Below, in pieces: positions 45,401 to 53,797 of a stretch of DNA of 64,000 nucleotides (positions are counted from its first letter, which is position 1; every line of letters starts with the position of its first letter). The DNA is taken from the IMG/VR virus record IMGVR_UViG_3300042673_002246. One strand, 5' to 3'. A program made the position numbers and the translations under genes. The notes beneath the pieces are model-generated. The model searched no databases. It was not told where the DNA came from and saw nothing but the letters and a program-made list of their open reading frames with translations. This DNA comes from a virus.

Positions 45401-48400
45401 AACTGATAGTGGCGTAGGAATTCAACCATGTCTCTGTATTTTTCGGCAGGCAATCCAACGATTTTGTCTGGATGCGCTCCGATGAATTCCAAGGCAGCTG
45501 TAAGGGTGTTTTTGTTTGAATAAGAAATATATGCCCACGTACCATCTGCGCTTGTTGGTATCTGACGGTAGAGGATTCCTTCCGATTCTGGAACGATGTA
45601 ACCACGAGCCTTGTCCAGTAGCTCATTTCTCTCTTTTTCTGGCATATCTGCCAGTGACTGTCCGTCTGGACCAGAAATTCCGTATTTCTTTTGTATTGAA
45701 TCAAGTTTCTTACGCAAATCATTTCCGGTGAGTGTTCCAAGATTGAAGTCATGAGAAACCACATCCTGAAGTCGGCCAAACAACTTGTAGTCCGCAGAAA
45801 CCTCATCAATCCCATTCTGCCTGTCGGTCATGTTTCCACGACCAAGCATCAAGTTTCCAAGGAACGCAACTGTCTTTCCGTATCTGAATGAGTCAGTCAA
45901 CGTCAAGTTGAAATCTGGATTGAGTCGAGCGAATGAGTCAGATGAACCACGGAATCCATAAATTGATTGCCGTGGGTCACCGACCATGACTATTGCAAGA
46001 TTATTATTCGCAATATTGTCTTCAATCACCTTTTGGAGAACTGGGTTTACGTCCTGAGCTTCGTCAAAGAAGAAAGTCGAAATGGGCTTATCTTCCGTTG
46101 CATATCGGCGACGCAATCCGGCGCGTGCTCCACCACCTGTGTAGACATAATCCACACCATCAACTTGGACTATTGAGCCTGGGTCAAGTTTTTTGTCCTG
46201 TGCTCTTGCATCTTTCACTTTTCTTGTGCCGTGACCAACCATTCCAGCGTCTGTACGCAGATTTGGTTTTTGCATAGCCCAAATCTTTACTTGCTGGTCG
46301 TAGTTGGGCAGCACATTGCTCTTCGGGTCGAGCGTGTCAGACCACATTTTGAGTGCTAGGTCAACCCACTCTTGTGGTATCTGGTCGAATGCTGTTTCGG
46401 CAGGGTCGATTGGGTCGCCAGACTCGGCAAGTTGCTTATTTCTTTCAATTTCGTGTGGACGAAGCTTGAAATGTTTTTCACTAAGCGCATCATCATCACT
46501 CTGTGAATAACGAGTAAGGGCGTTGATGAGAACAAGACCATAATCGTCAGCAGTCAGCTCCACCCCTTCGTGGGTAAGTCCGTCTGGGTATTTCGTGCCG
46601 AAATCGTAGTGTCTCGCTACGTCGCGACCACCGCTTTCTGTTTCAAACGAAACGTATCCCAAAGTTCTGAATCCAGCTTTTTTCAATCCTGTTGTATCGA
46701 CAGTTTTTCCACCATATCCCTCTGCAGACGTTTGTCTTGTTGATTTAGGGTTTGCTGATGAGTAGTACTCGTTGCCGGCGCCAATGCCTATCTTTTTTAG
46801 TTTCTCTTTGAACTCTGGAGAAATTCCTGGCCTGTCTTCGAGCAATAGGGACCAGTATGCCAATTGGTTAATCGAAGAGCTTCCTGTGTTGTCAGGCATT
46901 CTACGTGCTGCTTCTGCAGCATTTTTCTTATTGAATGTTATGTAATAAAACTGTGACTCCGGAGATTCCTTGGCCATACGAATAACAGATTGTTCAACTG
47001 TGGTGGTTTTACCTGCTCCGGCTCCTGCGCGAACAGCAGCCAATCCACCTTCACCAGTTTTTGTGAAGTGTGCAACTGTGTCCATAACGTCTTTTTGTTC
47101 ATCAGTCGGCTCAAACTTCATTCCAAACATTTCCATGAACGAACCCTCAGTTCGCTCAATCTTGCGCTTAGGGTCCTTGGCGCCAACAATTGGTCCGCGG
47201 CCAGAAGAAAGACGCTTGTTAATTTGGTTATACGTGTTGCCTTCTTCGTCCTTGATAACGAATCCGGTTATGCCGCTTGAAAGACGATTATTCTCGTAGT
47301 CCTCAAGGATAGTTTTTACTGCAGATGGACCTTGTCCACGAACACGCACGCGTTGACGTACTTTGTTTTCTGGTGTTGGTGTGCCGACAACTGGCTTTTT
47401 CTTTGGAATTGGGATAGTGATTCGACCAACGATTGGCGCTTCAATTGTGTAGTCTTCTTTACCCTTGCGTTCGCTGTCTGGAACACCAGCGCGCTTGCGC
47501 AGCGTTGCTGACTTATTCATAATGTAGTCAACAGCCTGCTGTCCGCCTTCAATTGCACGACGGATTGAGCTTGGGTCGTCCTGCAGTGCTTTGCGCCAGA
47601 ACGCTAGGTACTGAATATGGTCTTCGCGTATTTGAGGCTCTACACCGAGGAATCCCATCGCAAATGAAGCACCGATTTCTGCGATGAGTTCTTCAAATGC
47701 GTATTTCTTTCTCTGTTCTGGGGTGCCCTTCATTCTGCCGCTTAGGTCCCTCTTTAGTCGCGATGGATGGGCTGTCCAGTGAATAATTTCATGCAGAACT
47801 GTTCCATAGAAAGCAATTGGTTCAATAAAGTTCTCAAATGGAGGAACATTTATCGTGTCGTCGTTTGGGTCGTAGAATGCGCTGACTCCCTGTTCCTTGT
47901 ATCTAGGACCAATTTCTTTGATTACATTTTCAATGTCTTCAAGTCGTTGTGCCGCATCAAGTTTTTCTGTTTCTTTGACTTCGTAGACCCATGCTGGCAG
48001 TCCGTCCATTTGGTCGGCGTTGAATACTGTTTCAATTTTGAAACCCTTTTCACCAGTACGAATTCCGTCATCATTTTTTATGTCAAACGGAACGAGGATA
48101 TTGACACCAAGTTCTCCTGGTTTTGGTTTTGCTTTCTTATTCAACTCACGCCACTGCGAACGTCCAGCCCAACGATTTGTTTTGTATTTGCGCTTTGATG
48201 CGACCTGGGAAAGAATCAATTGATTCATGCCTTGATAAATACGATTTCTTCTTGTTGGATTTCGACCGTACAACTCTGGCGAGCGCCAAGGCACTTGCCA
48301 CTGGCCAGCTTTGCTTGGGTCCTTTAATATCTCATCAAGCGCAGCAATAATTGCTTCACCCATTTGCTGGTACATGTCTTTAATACGAGCTGCATCTGCT

Positions 48401-51354
48401 TCTTGATTTTCATCTTTTCCAGATGACAGTGTCTGGCCATCCCTGTATTCCCAGAGTGGTCCTAAGTAGTCTTGCTTTTCACGACGAGTGCGCTTGTTTT
48501 CTGGCTTTTTTAGGAAATTCTCAAATCCACTAGAAAGTCTTGGCGCGCTCTCGGCAGCACGCGATGCACTGCCTCTTCGAATCTCGGACATGTATCTTTG
48601 TTCTGCCTGGCGCACCTCCGTTCTTGTTACACCAAGTTTTTTGGCCATATCCTCAATGGATACGCCATTCATACGCTCTTCGTAAATATCCTGGTCTGTA
48701 TAGTCTTCTGGGTTCTTTTCTGGTGGAGCGATTTTCCCTCGTTTTGGACGTGGCATTTCTTCGCCGAGGAAATCTCTAATAATTCTGTCGTATGTATCAG
48801 TTCCGCTCTCATCGAATGGAAGGTTGTCGTCGCCGTAGGGATTATCTGGGTCGAAATCGTCATCGAGCGCAGGAAGTCTTCCGGATGAGAGTTTTCTATC
48901 TGGCTTGTTTGGGCTTGCACCGTCGAACCCATATGAGTTCATCCAGCGAGCAAGAGCCTCTTTATCGTTTGGGTCCCATGTTCCAGTTGACGGGCGACGC
49001 TCATAGACTTCGCTGCGTAGCGCACTATCAAGTCCTTTAAGAAACTGGCTCTCGCCGTCTTCGCCAACATAATTTTTATTCTTGTCCTTTTTGTCTTTTC
49101 CAGCAAAATACTTATTTGTTGCATCGAGGTATGTGCCTAGTGTGCGAACAAAATCGTAATACCACTCTTGATACGCCTGTCCGCTCTTTGCTTTTTCGTT
49201 GAATTTTGCTGGGCGCTTCTTATCGTCGCCTTGCCATGCTCTTCTTGCTTGGTTGTACCCAAGCTCGCGCCCTCTTAAGAACTCTGCGGAACGTGTATTG
49301 TCTGTTTGGTAGCGAGGCACTTCTTCCCAGCCGAAGCCCTTATCAACCCATTCCTGTGCAGTCTTGTCAAATGCTTCTCGTCTTGCCTGTTCATCTGGTG
49401 CGACACCAAACTTACTCTCGGTTTCTTTTCCAAGACCGTGACGTGAAGTATTAAATCGTGAGCGTTTCTCAGCTCCAGAAGAGAAGGGTTTTGACGGTGT
49501 TGCCGGTTTTGCATCTTGCACGCCGACGAAGCGGGGTCGTGTTGTTCCTTCATCTACCCAGCCATCGTTGTCGGGGTCGAAGTCGCTCCCCGTTGGTCGT
49601 CGATTTCCTGGTGTTCCGCCGGTTGGCATGTCAATGTCGCCACGGCGATTTCTTCTGTCTCGACGGCCACCGATTGATGGTCTGTCAATGAGTCTGCTGC
49701 CAACGTAGCTTCCTAGTCTTCGGCCAATCGCTTTTGACTCAAACTCAGAGCTATCTAGAAATTTTTTTTTTATGTTTTCCAGAGCGTTATCGACTGCTTC
49801 AATAAAATCTAAACTAACCCCGGATTTGAGAACGATTCCATCAATATCCACTTCTGCATCAACCATGTAGTAATCGAGAATTGGGTCAATTTCTTGCTTG
49901 ACACGGAACGCGTCATTTGGGTGAAGCGGAATGCAGTATTGCTCATCGAATGAGTTGTCATCTTTGCCAAATTCAGAAAGTGATTTAAATTTGCTACGCT
50001 TCTTTTTTCTCCTACCTACCGCTCCGCGAAGCATGGCCATGACAAACTCGCCAGGGTACTTAACTTCTAGGTCTTCAATAGCTTCATCGAAATTTGCGTC
50101 TTCTTCAATTTCGTATTCTTTTTTAGCAATTCCATCGACATTGACAACGCCTTTTGGAATTACTGCAAAACGACATTTGCCTTCTGGTTCGATGTCCATA
50201 TCAACAATCTTGCATGACCCATCATTTTGGAAGAACACGCAATTTGCACACTTGACCCCGATTGATGCGATGGGATTTTCTGAAGCCGGTTTATATCCAG
50301 CCCACACACCATCTTTGTCTTCGTTGAACTTGCCGTGGCGTTTTACAATTTTTAGCAAAGCGTCACGCAGGTCCGCTTCCTCTTTATCGAGGTTGTTCTT
50401 ATCTATTGGCTTGTTATTGCCCTCTTCGTACTGAACTGCAGGGAGCGGAACAACAACAACACCCTCCATGCCTGGCTTGACAGCTATTGGCATTGATGGC
50501 ATCTGCTGTGGGCGGACCATTCTTCTTGGCTCATTTGGCGGAACCATCATTGGTGCTGTTTGTGGTGCGGACGGTCTCTGCATCACTATTTCTTCTGGCG
50601 GGCCGAACATCATTCGACCACCCGTTCGACTCCAGCCACACTTGAATCTCTTAACTGAACCGTCAGCCACACGACGAGCAAATGTCAGATTTTCGTCGTC
50701 CATTTCCATGAGCGATATTTTTGCGCCAAGCATTCCTGAGAGTTGCTTTTCAATTTCCAACTTGTTCGGCTTTTCATCATCCATCATCATGACGGAGCTA
50801 TCTTCGCCGTATGGGTCATCTGTCTTCACGGAAATTGTGCCAGTCAGTTGATTGGCTCCATGAAGAACTGGAGACACTTCATAAAGCTCCAACTCGTAAA
50901 TTACGTTTGCCTGAGACTTTTGGTCATACTGTGCGCGCAGGGTTTTATATCCAATCGACCATTCTTGTTCTTCTCCAAAGAAAGCAACCATCGTGAAAGC
51001 TTCGCGGCCCTTTTCTGACTGAAGATTAAATTGAACTTTTGCAAATAATCCGCCGATTCCAGCAATCTTCATTTTTAGTGGTAGGCGTGGGTCAGACGGT
51101 GGCACCTCGTAAATTTCGAGTACTTTGCCGATTGGGTCATTCCAGTTATGGCCCCACACAACACGCGGCTTGCGGCGCTGAAGACTCTTCGTAAAAGCAC
51201 CACTTGCGCAAATATCACCAACAGAGTCTTTATTGCCGATTCCAGCTACAAAGCACTCAACAATTCCTTGCATCTCATCGAGATTGACGGAGCCGGCTTT
51301 CTGTGAAGCGGAGCCAAGGGATGTCGACTTGTATTCAAAGTGGTCAGTGGTCAT
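42490..51354 (-). CDS. Giant protein C (2954 aa): HK97-type prohead protease fused to HiPIP-like motif, shared leader, ArdC-like antirestriction module and UvrD-like SF1 helicase
   Basis: GNKDSVGD...WGHNW..PIG...WSIGY...LYEVSPVLHGAN (protease); YQGMN, LHEIIHWT, YAFEELIAEIGA (ArdC); AGAGAGKTT, DEAQD, VGDPRQSIYGFRG, SFRYG, THAAKGLEFD, YVMMTRAK (UvrD); 8 xSSG linkers. Confidence 0.9.
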   Translation of the reverse strand: MTTDHFEYKSTSLGSASQKAGSVNLDEMQGIVECFVAGIGNKDSVGDICASGAFTKSLQRRKPRVVWGHNWNDPIGKVLEIYEVPPSDPRLPLKMKIAGIGGLFAKVQFNLQSEKGREAFTMVAFFGEEQEWSIGYKTLRAQYDQKSQANVIYELELYEVSPVLHGANQLTGTISVKTDDPYGEDSSVMMMDDEKPNKLEIEKQLSGMLGAKISLMEMDDENLTFARRVADGSVKRFKCGWSRTGGRMMFGPPEEIVMQRPSAPQTAPMMVPPNEPRRMVRPQQMPSMPIAVKPGMEGVVVVPLPAVQYEEGNNKPIDKNNLDKEEADLRDALLKIVKRHGKFNEDKDGVWAGYKPASENPIASIGVKCANCVFFQNDGSCKIVDMDIEPEGKCRFAVIPKGVVNVDGIAKKEYEIEEDANFDEAIEDLEVKYPGEFVMAMLRGAVGRRKKKRSKFKSLSEFGKDDNSFDEQYCIPLHPNDAFRVKQEIDPILDYYMVDAEVDIDGIVLKSGVSLDFIEAVDNALENIKKKFLDSSEFESKAIGRRLGSYVGSRLIDRPSIGGRRDRRNRRGDIDMPTGGTPGNRRPTGSDFDPDNDGWVDEGTTRPRFVGVQDAKPATPSKPFSSGAEKRSRFNTSRHGLGKETESKFGVAPDEQARREAFDKTAQEWVDKGFGWEEVPRYQTDNTRSAEFLRGRELGYNQARRAWQGDDKKRPAKFNEKAKSGQAYQEWYYDFVRTLGTYLDATNKYFAGKDKKDKNKNYVGEDGESQFLKGLDSALRSEVYERRPSTGTWDPNDKEALARWMNSYGFDGASPNKPDRKLSSGRLPALDDDFDPDNPYGDDNLPFDESGTDTYDRIIRDFLGEEMPRPKRGKIAPPEKNPEDYTDQDIYEERMNGVSIEDMAKKLGVTRTEVRQAEQRYMSEIRRGSASRAAESAPRLSSGFENFLKKPENKRTRREKQDYLGPLWEYRDGQTLSSGKDENQEADAARIKDMYQQMGEAIIAALDEILKDPSKAGQWQVPWRSPELYGRNPTRRNRIYQGMNQLILSQVASKRKYKTNRWAGRSQWRELNKKAKPKPGELGVNILVPFDIKNDDGIRTGEKGFKIETVFNADQMDGLPAWVYEVKETEKLDAAQRLEDIENVIKEIGPRYKEQGVSAFYDPNDDTINVPPFENFIEPIAFYGTVLHEIIHWTAHPSRLKRDLSGRMKGTPEQRKKYAFEELIAEIGASFAMGFLGVEPQIREDHIQYLAFWRKALQDDPSSIRRAIEGGQQAVDYIMNKSATLRKRAGVPDSERKGKEDYTIEAPIVGRITIPIPKKKPVVGTPTPENKVRQRVRVRGQGPSAVKTILEDYENNRLSSGITGFVIKDEEGNTYNQINKRLSSGRGPIVGAKDPKRKIERTEGSFMEMFGMKFEPTDEQKDVMDTVAHFTKTGEGGLAAVRAGAGAGKTTTVEQSVIRMAKESPESQFYYITFNKKNAAEAARRMPDNTGSSSINQLAYWSLLLEDRPGISPEFKEKLKKIGIGAGNEYYSSANPKSTRQTSAEGYGGKTVDTTGLKKAGFRTLGYVSFETESGGRDVARHYDFGTKYPDGLTHEGVELTADDYGLVLINALTRYSQSDDDALSEKHFKLRPHEIERNKQLAESGDPIDPAETAFDQIPQEWVDLALKMWSDTLDPKSNVLPNYDQQVKIWAMQKPNLRTDAGMVGHGTRKVKDARAQDKKLDPGSIVQVDGVDYVYTGGGARAGLRRRYATEDKPISTFFFDEAQDVNPVLQKVIEDNIANNNLAIVMVGDPRQSIYGFRGSSDSFARLNPDFNLTLTDSFRYGKTVAFLGNLMLGRGNMTDRQNGIDEVSADYKLFGRLQDVVSHDFNLGTLTGNDLRKKLDSIQKKYGISGPDGQSLADMPEKERNELLDKARGYIVPESEGILYRQIPTSADGTWAYISYSNKNTLTAALEFIGAHPDKIVGLPAEKYRDMVEFLRHYQFVLRPVGTRPRESKIIGNAWTMEEIRKRAGQKSSYGQLGSMLKLLQVRDAEGNQLSPLDWLNRLLGRRDPQTGEVLTRARIREIEEPLDVDPFKNIDGSSSTVSGEELIALGKQKAGKGGGGAKGAYKMNRDKRFNIIPNPTGQTPSREVFWKLDTESLGADGKWENGVIISGEGIIDVYQFRDAAGKIQYTGDKNGEKPMMRRRIEKMIKDLNLEGKVTIEKQYVPRKAGSSNAPAYDAVRIKGDNPEETGLLLSLVGRMITDSANEPEVDASFLTTHAAKGLEFDNVVAGDDFFQPKFEDDGSILPGNDISREMENLIYVMMTRAKKRIQLSEATSWIIDPKKNPKGFEYIEKFLTEEQQAPSGFWNPFGDGEQVFPDGAREILSSGRVNSVPETAVPGTGTNRSARRARLRGGDVERQATTETSAPETPGVQAPERTAAVGGPRSVNSSNRADRKARRMSSGSTYADNINATNLAAIRGSKTGESFAFARRFWDGFRKRGITLDTSSKSGTVKERRRQINEGLDKAAAAMKRRPQVTIGRVSGNENLSNPDADTWMLPVKSLKESIRIPTEFDVVRNPDNTIADVKWTKSEPISNTDLSRLLNLSPEDAKRISDDDSGISHNAVRFLVAELGNRPEFGGWRLFSPVTSDEPGVEKMSSAQRFAENLGRANMRDRFIIETFGKDAYPFWADREENQIISSDEYSTLGEVDPVAKFRATGRFTPNPEDADGEASAEADLIYEGMPDFVPEAPAPTVNETNPAGAKTSRRDFKLDNLIENLGLDRDEWMAQLRERMKRSFGMDDVGLTNPKDRKSWESDGVPVAAIQEMIRTGMIENAESVWPENGQKLDGELRASKANVAEAMVEFISNTQKGSGGNTKRNKEYILGTSNLSVLLNNAAKTRGKTFSKIKGDEPRYSSNELQDVVNRFNEIFGTSHTIEDIFSKEQLENARKRLQEEGRTMFGKSGTKE
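44251..47199 (-). other. UvrD/Rep-like helicase module in protein C
   Basis: Major SF1 motifs present, bounded by RLSSG and ILSSG. Confidence 0.9.
47287..48417 (-). other. ArdC-like ssDNA-binding/zincin antirestriction module in protein C
   Basis: W..PW...N...Y.G.N, VFNADQ, HEIIH, EELIAE; bounded by TLSSG and RLSSG. Confidence 0.88.
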
Positions 51355-51460
51355 TTAATTCGCTTTCACTAAGACTCAATAGATAATAAACGACCAGATA
51401 AATCTGCAGTGCAAGTATTGAGAATTGCTTTTCTTTTACAGAAACTATTTAGTGAAATAG

Positions 51461-53527
51461 TTAGAACTGAGCGAAGTTCCAGGCTCGGCGTGTCTCTTCT
51501 TCAGCAATTTCGACATGTTCTTTTGCAAGAAGATTTGCATACATTTCAATTAGCTCTTGTCTGAAGGATGAAAATCTTCGCTCTTCGTCAGAATAAACAA
51601 ACGATTTAAGCATTATTTCATTGATATTAAAGGCTGTCTGCTCATTTATTTTTTTGATATTTGCAACGTGTGAATCAACAGCTCTCAAGAAATCTAGAGG
51701 CGGTATAGCTCTTGGCGACAAACCCTTTACATGCATTCTTTCGCGTTTTGATTCATGCGAGTCATTGATAATCGCGGAAACAACTGGCTTTAGGTCATCT
51801 TCAAATTGCTTATTCCATGAGTCAATCGAGAGTATTGAATCGATGTCAAGCGTTCCAGCCATGAGCCCTTTTCTTGCCTTGCTTCCACCAGACTTTTCCA
51901 GTACAACTCGTTGCTGTCTTTCCAGAATTCTCTCAATTCCTCGTGAAAGTATTTCCGACCAACGCTCAATTGAAGTTTCTGTTCTGTCTTCGACAGCTGG
52001 CTCAGCTGATTTGTACTGCATCTCGCCGCTTTCTGCGGTGAGCGCTCCAGGTGGAGTTGGTGCAGCTCCAGTTTGTAATGCGGCTGCTTCTGGCGGGAGT
52101 GTACTTTGAGCAAGCTCGCCTGTTTGTGCAACCTCGGCCATTGCACCCTGCATCGTGTTCGGGTCAAGGGGGATATTTTCCATCGGTGGGGCCTGACCTG
52201 GCATTGGCGGCATTCCAGGAATTGGTGGCATACCGGGAGCTCCAGGCATACCTGGGGCTGCACCAGGGACCATTGCAGCGTTCTCGTCCATCTTCTTCTT
52301 TGTATTCGCAATCGGAATTAAGTTTGGATTAGCGAGGAGTGAGTCAGCAAGGTCGGACTCAACTTCTTTTCTTGAGGAACCAATTCGGTATTCGTTTCCG
52401 CTTATCAATCCAGCCTGAAACTCTGTAAGCAAATATCTATCGCGCTCTTGCTTGTACAACTGAAGAATTGGAACTTCGCTCGTATCGAAGTCGACATAGT
52501 TTTTATCGTCCAACTCATCAAGTGCTCGCGCAATCGGTTCTAGGTGCGGCAACATTGTTTCCATCCAGAAGACACGTATTTCTTCCGCAGCATTGCTGAA
52601 TGTTCTTCCAGCTGCGTTTCCTATTACTGATTCCGGCACACCGAATGCAGCAAGAATTTCTTCTTTCGTAACTTGGCGCATCTGGATATACGCGGCATCG
52701 CGCGGGCTCGCTGATGTGTCAACAAAATCAACGCCATCGTCTGCTGCGATTACTGTTGTATGTCCAGTCTTGGATAGGTTGCCACGGAACCTGCTCTTTA
52801 ATTCTTCTTTATCGTCTTCATCTATTTCTCCACGGACTACAAGCAAGCCGCCAGGACGGCCGTCATTAAGGAGATAGTTTCTGTTGTAGAGCTTCGCAAG
52901 ATTTTCAATTTCAATAGCTACACCAGCAGCCTCGAGCGGAGTAAGTGACAGATATGGGTCAAGTGGGTGTGGACGGCGAATCCAGCAAACATCTTCTGGC
53001 TTAAGTATTACCTTTTCTCCGTAGGGCATGGCAACTTCATAGCCGGAAACAAATGTTTTCGGATGAGGGATTGGCGCCGTTGCCTGTGGTGGTAGAAGAT
53101 TAAGGGCGATTATTCCGCCGTCTCTTCCGCGTATTTTCTCAATAAATGCTCCGCGCGTACCAAGAAGAAGCTGTGCAGAAAGCCTATATCTAAAGATAAA
53201 ACTATTTTCCCCAACGTTGGCTCTTGTGTTTAGTAGCTCGAGCAACGTGGAGCGATTTGCTTCTTTACCAACTATTATCTCGCCCTTGTTGGAATTATCT
53301 TTTCGAAGAATCACTGGCAGTCGTGCCTGATTACCGGCAATTGCATCAATACACCTGTTTACCCAGGTGATTTTGGACATGCCCTCGCGATATGCGCGTT
53401 CAATGTCCCATGAATCTCGATATGGTTTATGTACAAGACCTGGGTTTGCCGAAATTGGTGCACCAAAGGCAATCTGCTTTGAGTCAGACGACTTGAGTGA
53501 TTTATCTTTTGGAGAGTTCCAGCCCAT
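51461..53527 (-). CDS. Portal protein (HK97-like) with Pro-rich linker and C-terminal extension
   Basis: WVNRCIDAIA, GAFIEK.R, LTPLEAA, NDGRPGGLL, EILAAFGVPES.IG, NEYR. Confidence 0.92.
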   Translation of the reverse strand: MGWNSPKDKSLKSSDSKQIAFGAPISANPGLVHKPYRDSWDIERAYREGMSKITWVNRCIDAIAGNQARLPVILRKDNSNKGEIIVGKEANRSTLLELLNTRANVGENSFIFRYRLSAQLLLGTRGAFIEKIRGRDGGIIALNLLPPQATAPIPHPKTFVSGYEVAMPYGEKVILKPEDVCWIRRPHPLDPYLSLTPLEAAGVAIEIENLAKLYNRNYLLNDGRPGGLLVVRGEIDEDDKEELKSRFRGNLSKTGHTTVIAADDGVDFVDTSASPRDAAYIQMRQVTKEEILAAFGVPESVIGNAAGRTFSNAAEEIRVFWMETMLPHLEPIARALDELDDKNYVDFDTSEVPILQLYKQERDRYLLTEFQAGLISGNEYRIGSSRKEVESDLADSLLANPNLIPIANTKKKMDENAAMVPGAAPGMPGAPGMPPIPGMPPMPGQAPPMENIPLDPNTMQGAMAEVAQTGELAQSTLPPEAAALQTGAAPTPPGALTAESGEMQYKSAEPAVEDRTETSIERWSEILSRGIERILERQQRVVLEKSGGSKARKGLMAGTLDIDSILSIDSWNKQFEDDLKPVVSAIINDSHESKRERMHVKGLSPRAIPPLDFLRAVDSHVANIKKINEQTAFNINEIMLKSFVYSDEERRFSSFRQELIEMYANLLAKEHVEIAEEETRRAWNFAQF

Positions 53528-53534
53528 ATTTTAT

Positions 53535-53735
53535 TTACTCAAGCCCTAATAGAAATCCGAATATTCCACAACCGATACCAGCAACAATCAAACCGACGGG
53601 CATGGCAATGAGACCAGCACCAATACTTGTTAATAGTATAAACGAAACCATGAATAAATTAGCGAAAGTACGCCTGTTGTACACTGTCTTTGCCCTGGAA
53701 CTGACTTTATTAACTGCTTCTTTTAATTTGGGCAT
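53535..53735 (-). CDS. Small two-TM membrane protein upstream of portal
   Basis: MPKLKEAV...; hydrophobic helices; start placed at 53735. Confidence 0.6.
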   Translation of the reverse strand: MPKLKEAVNKVSSRAKTVYNRRTFANLFMVSFILLTSIGAGLIAMPVGLIVAGIGCGIFGFLLGLE

Positions 53736-53797
53736 ATAAGATACAGTAGCGCATAATTTACGATTGTCCGTGGACAAGAAGACGCCGAGATATTTAC

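Noticed and set aside
5396-51354. RLSSG as intein or DNA-repeat remnants
   Set aside because: No Hint-domain motifs (N-terminal C/S block, HN terminus) seen, and the codons differ between copies
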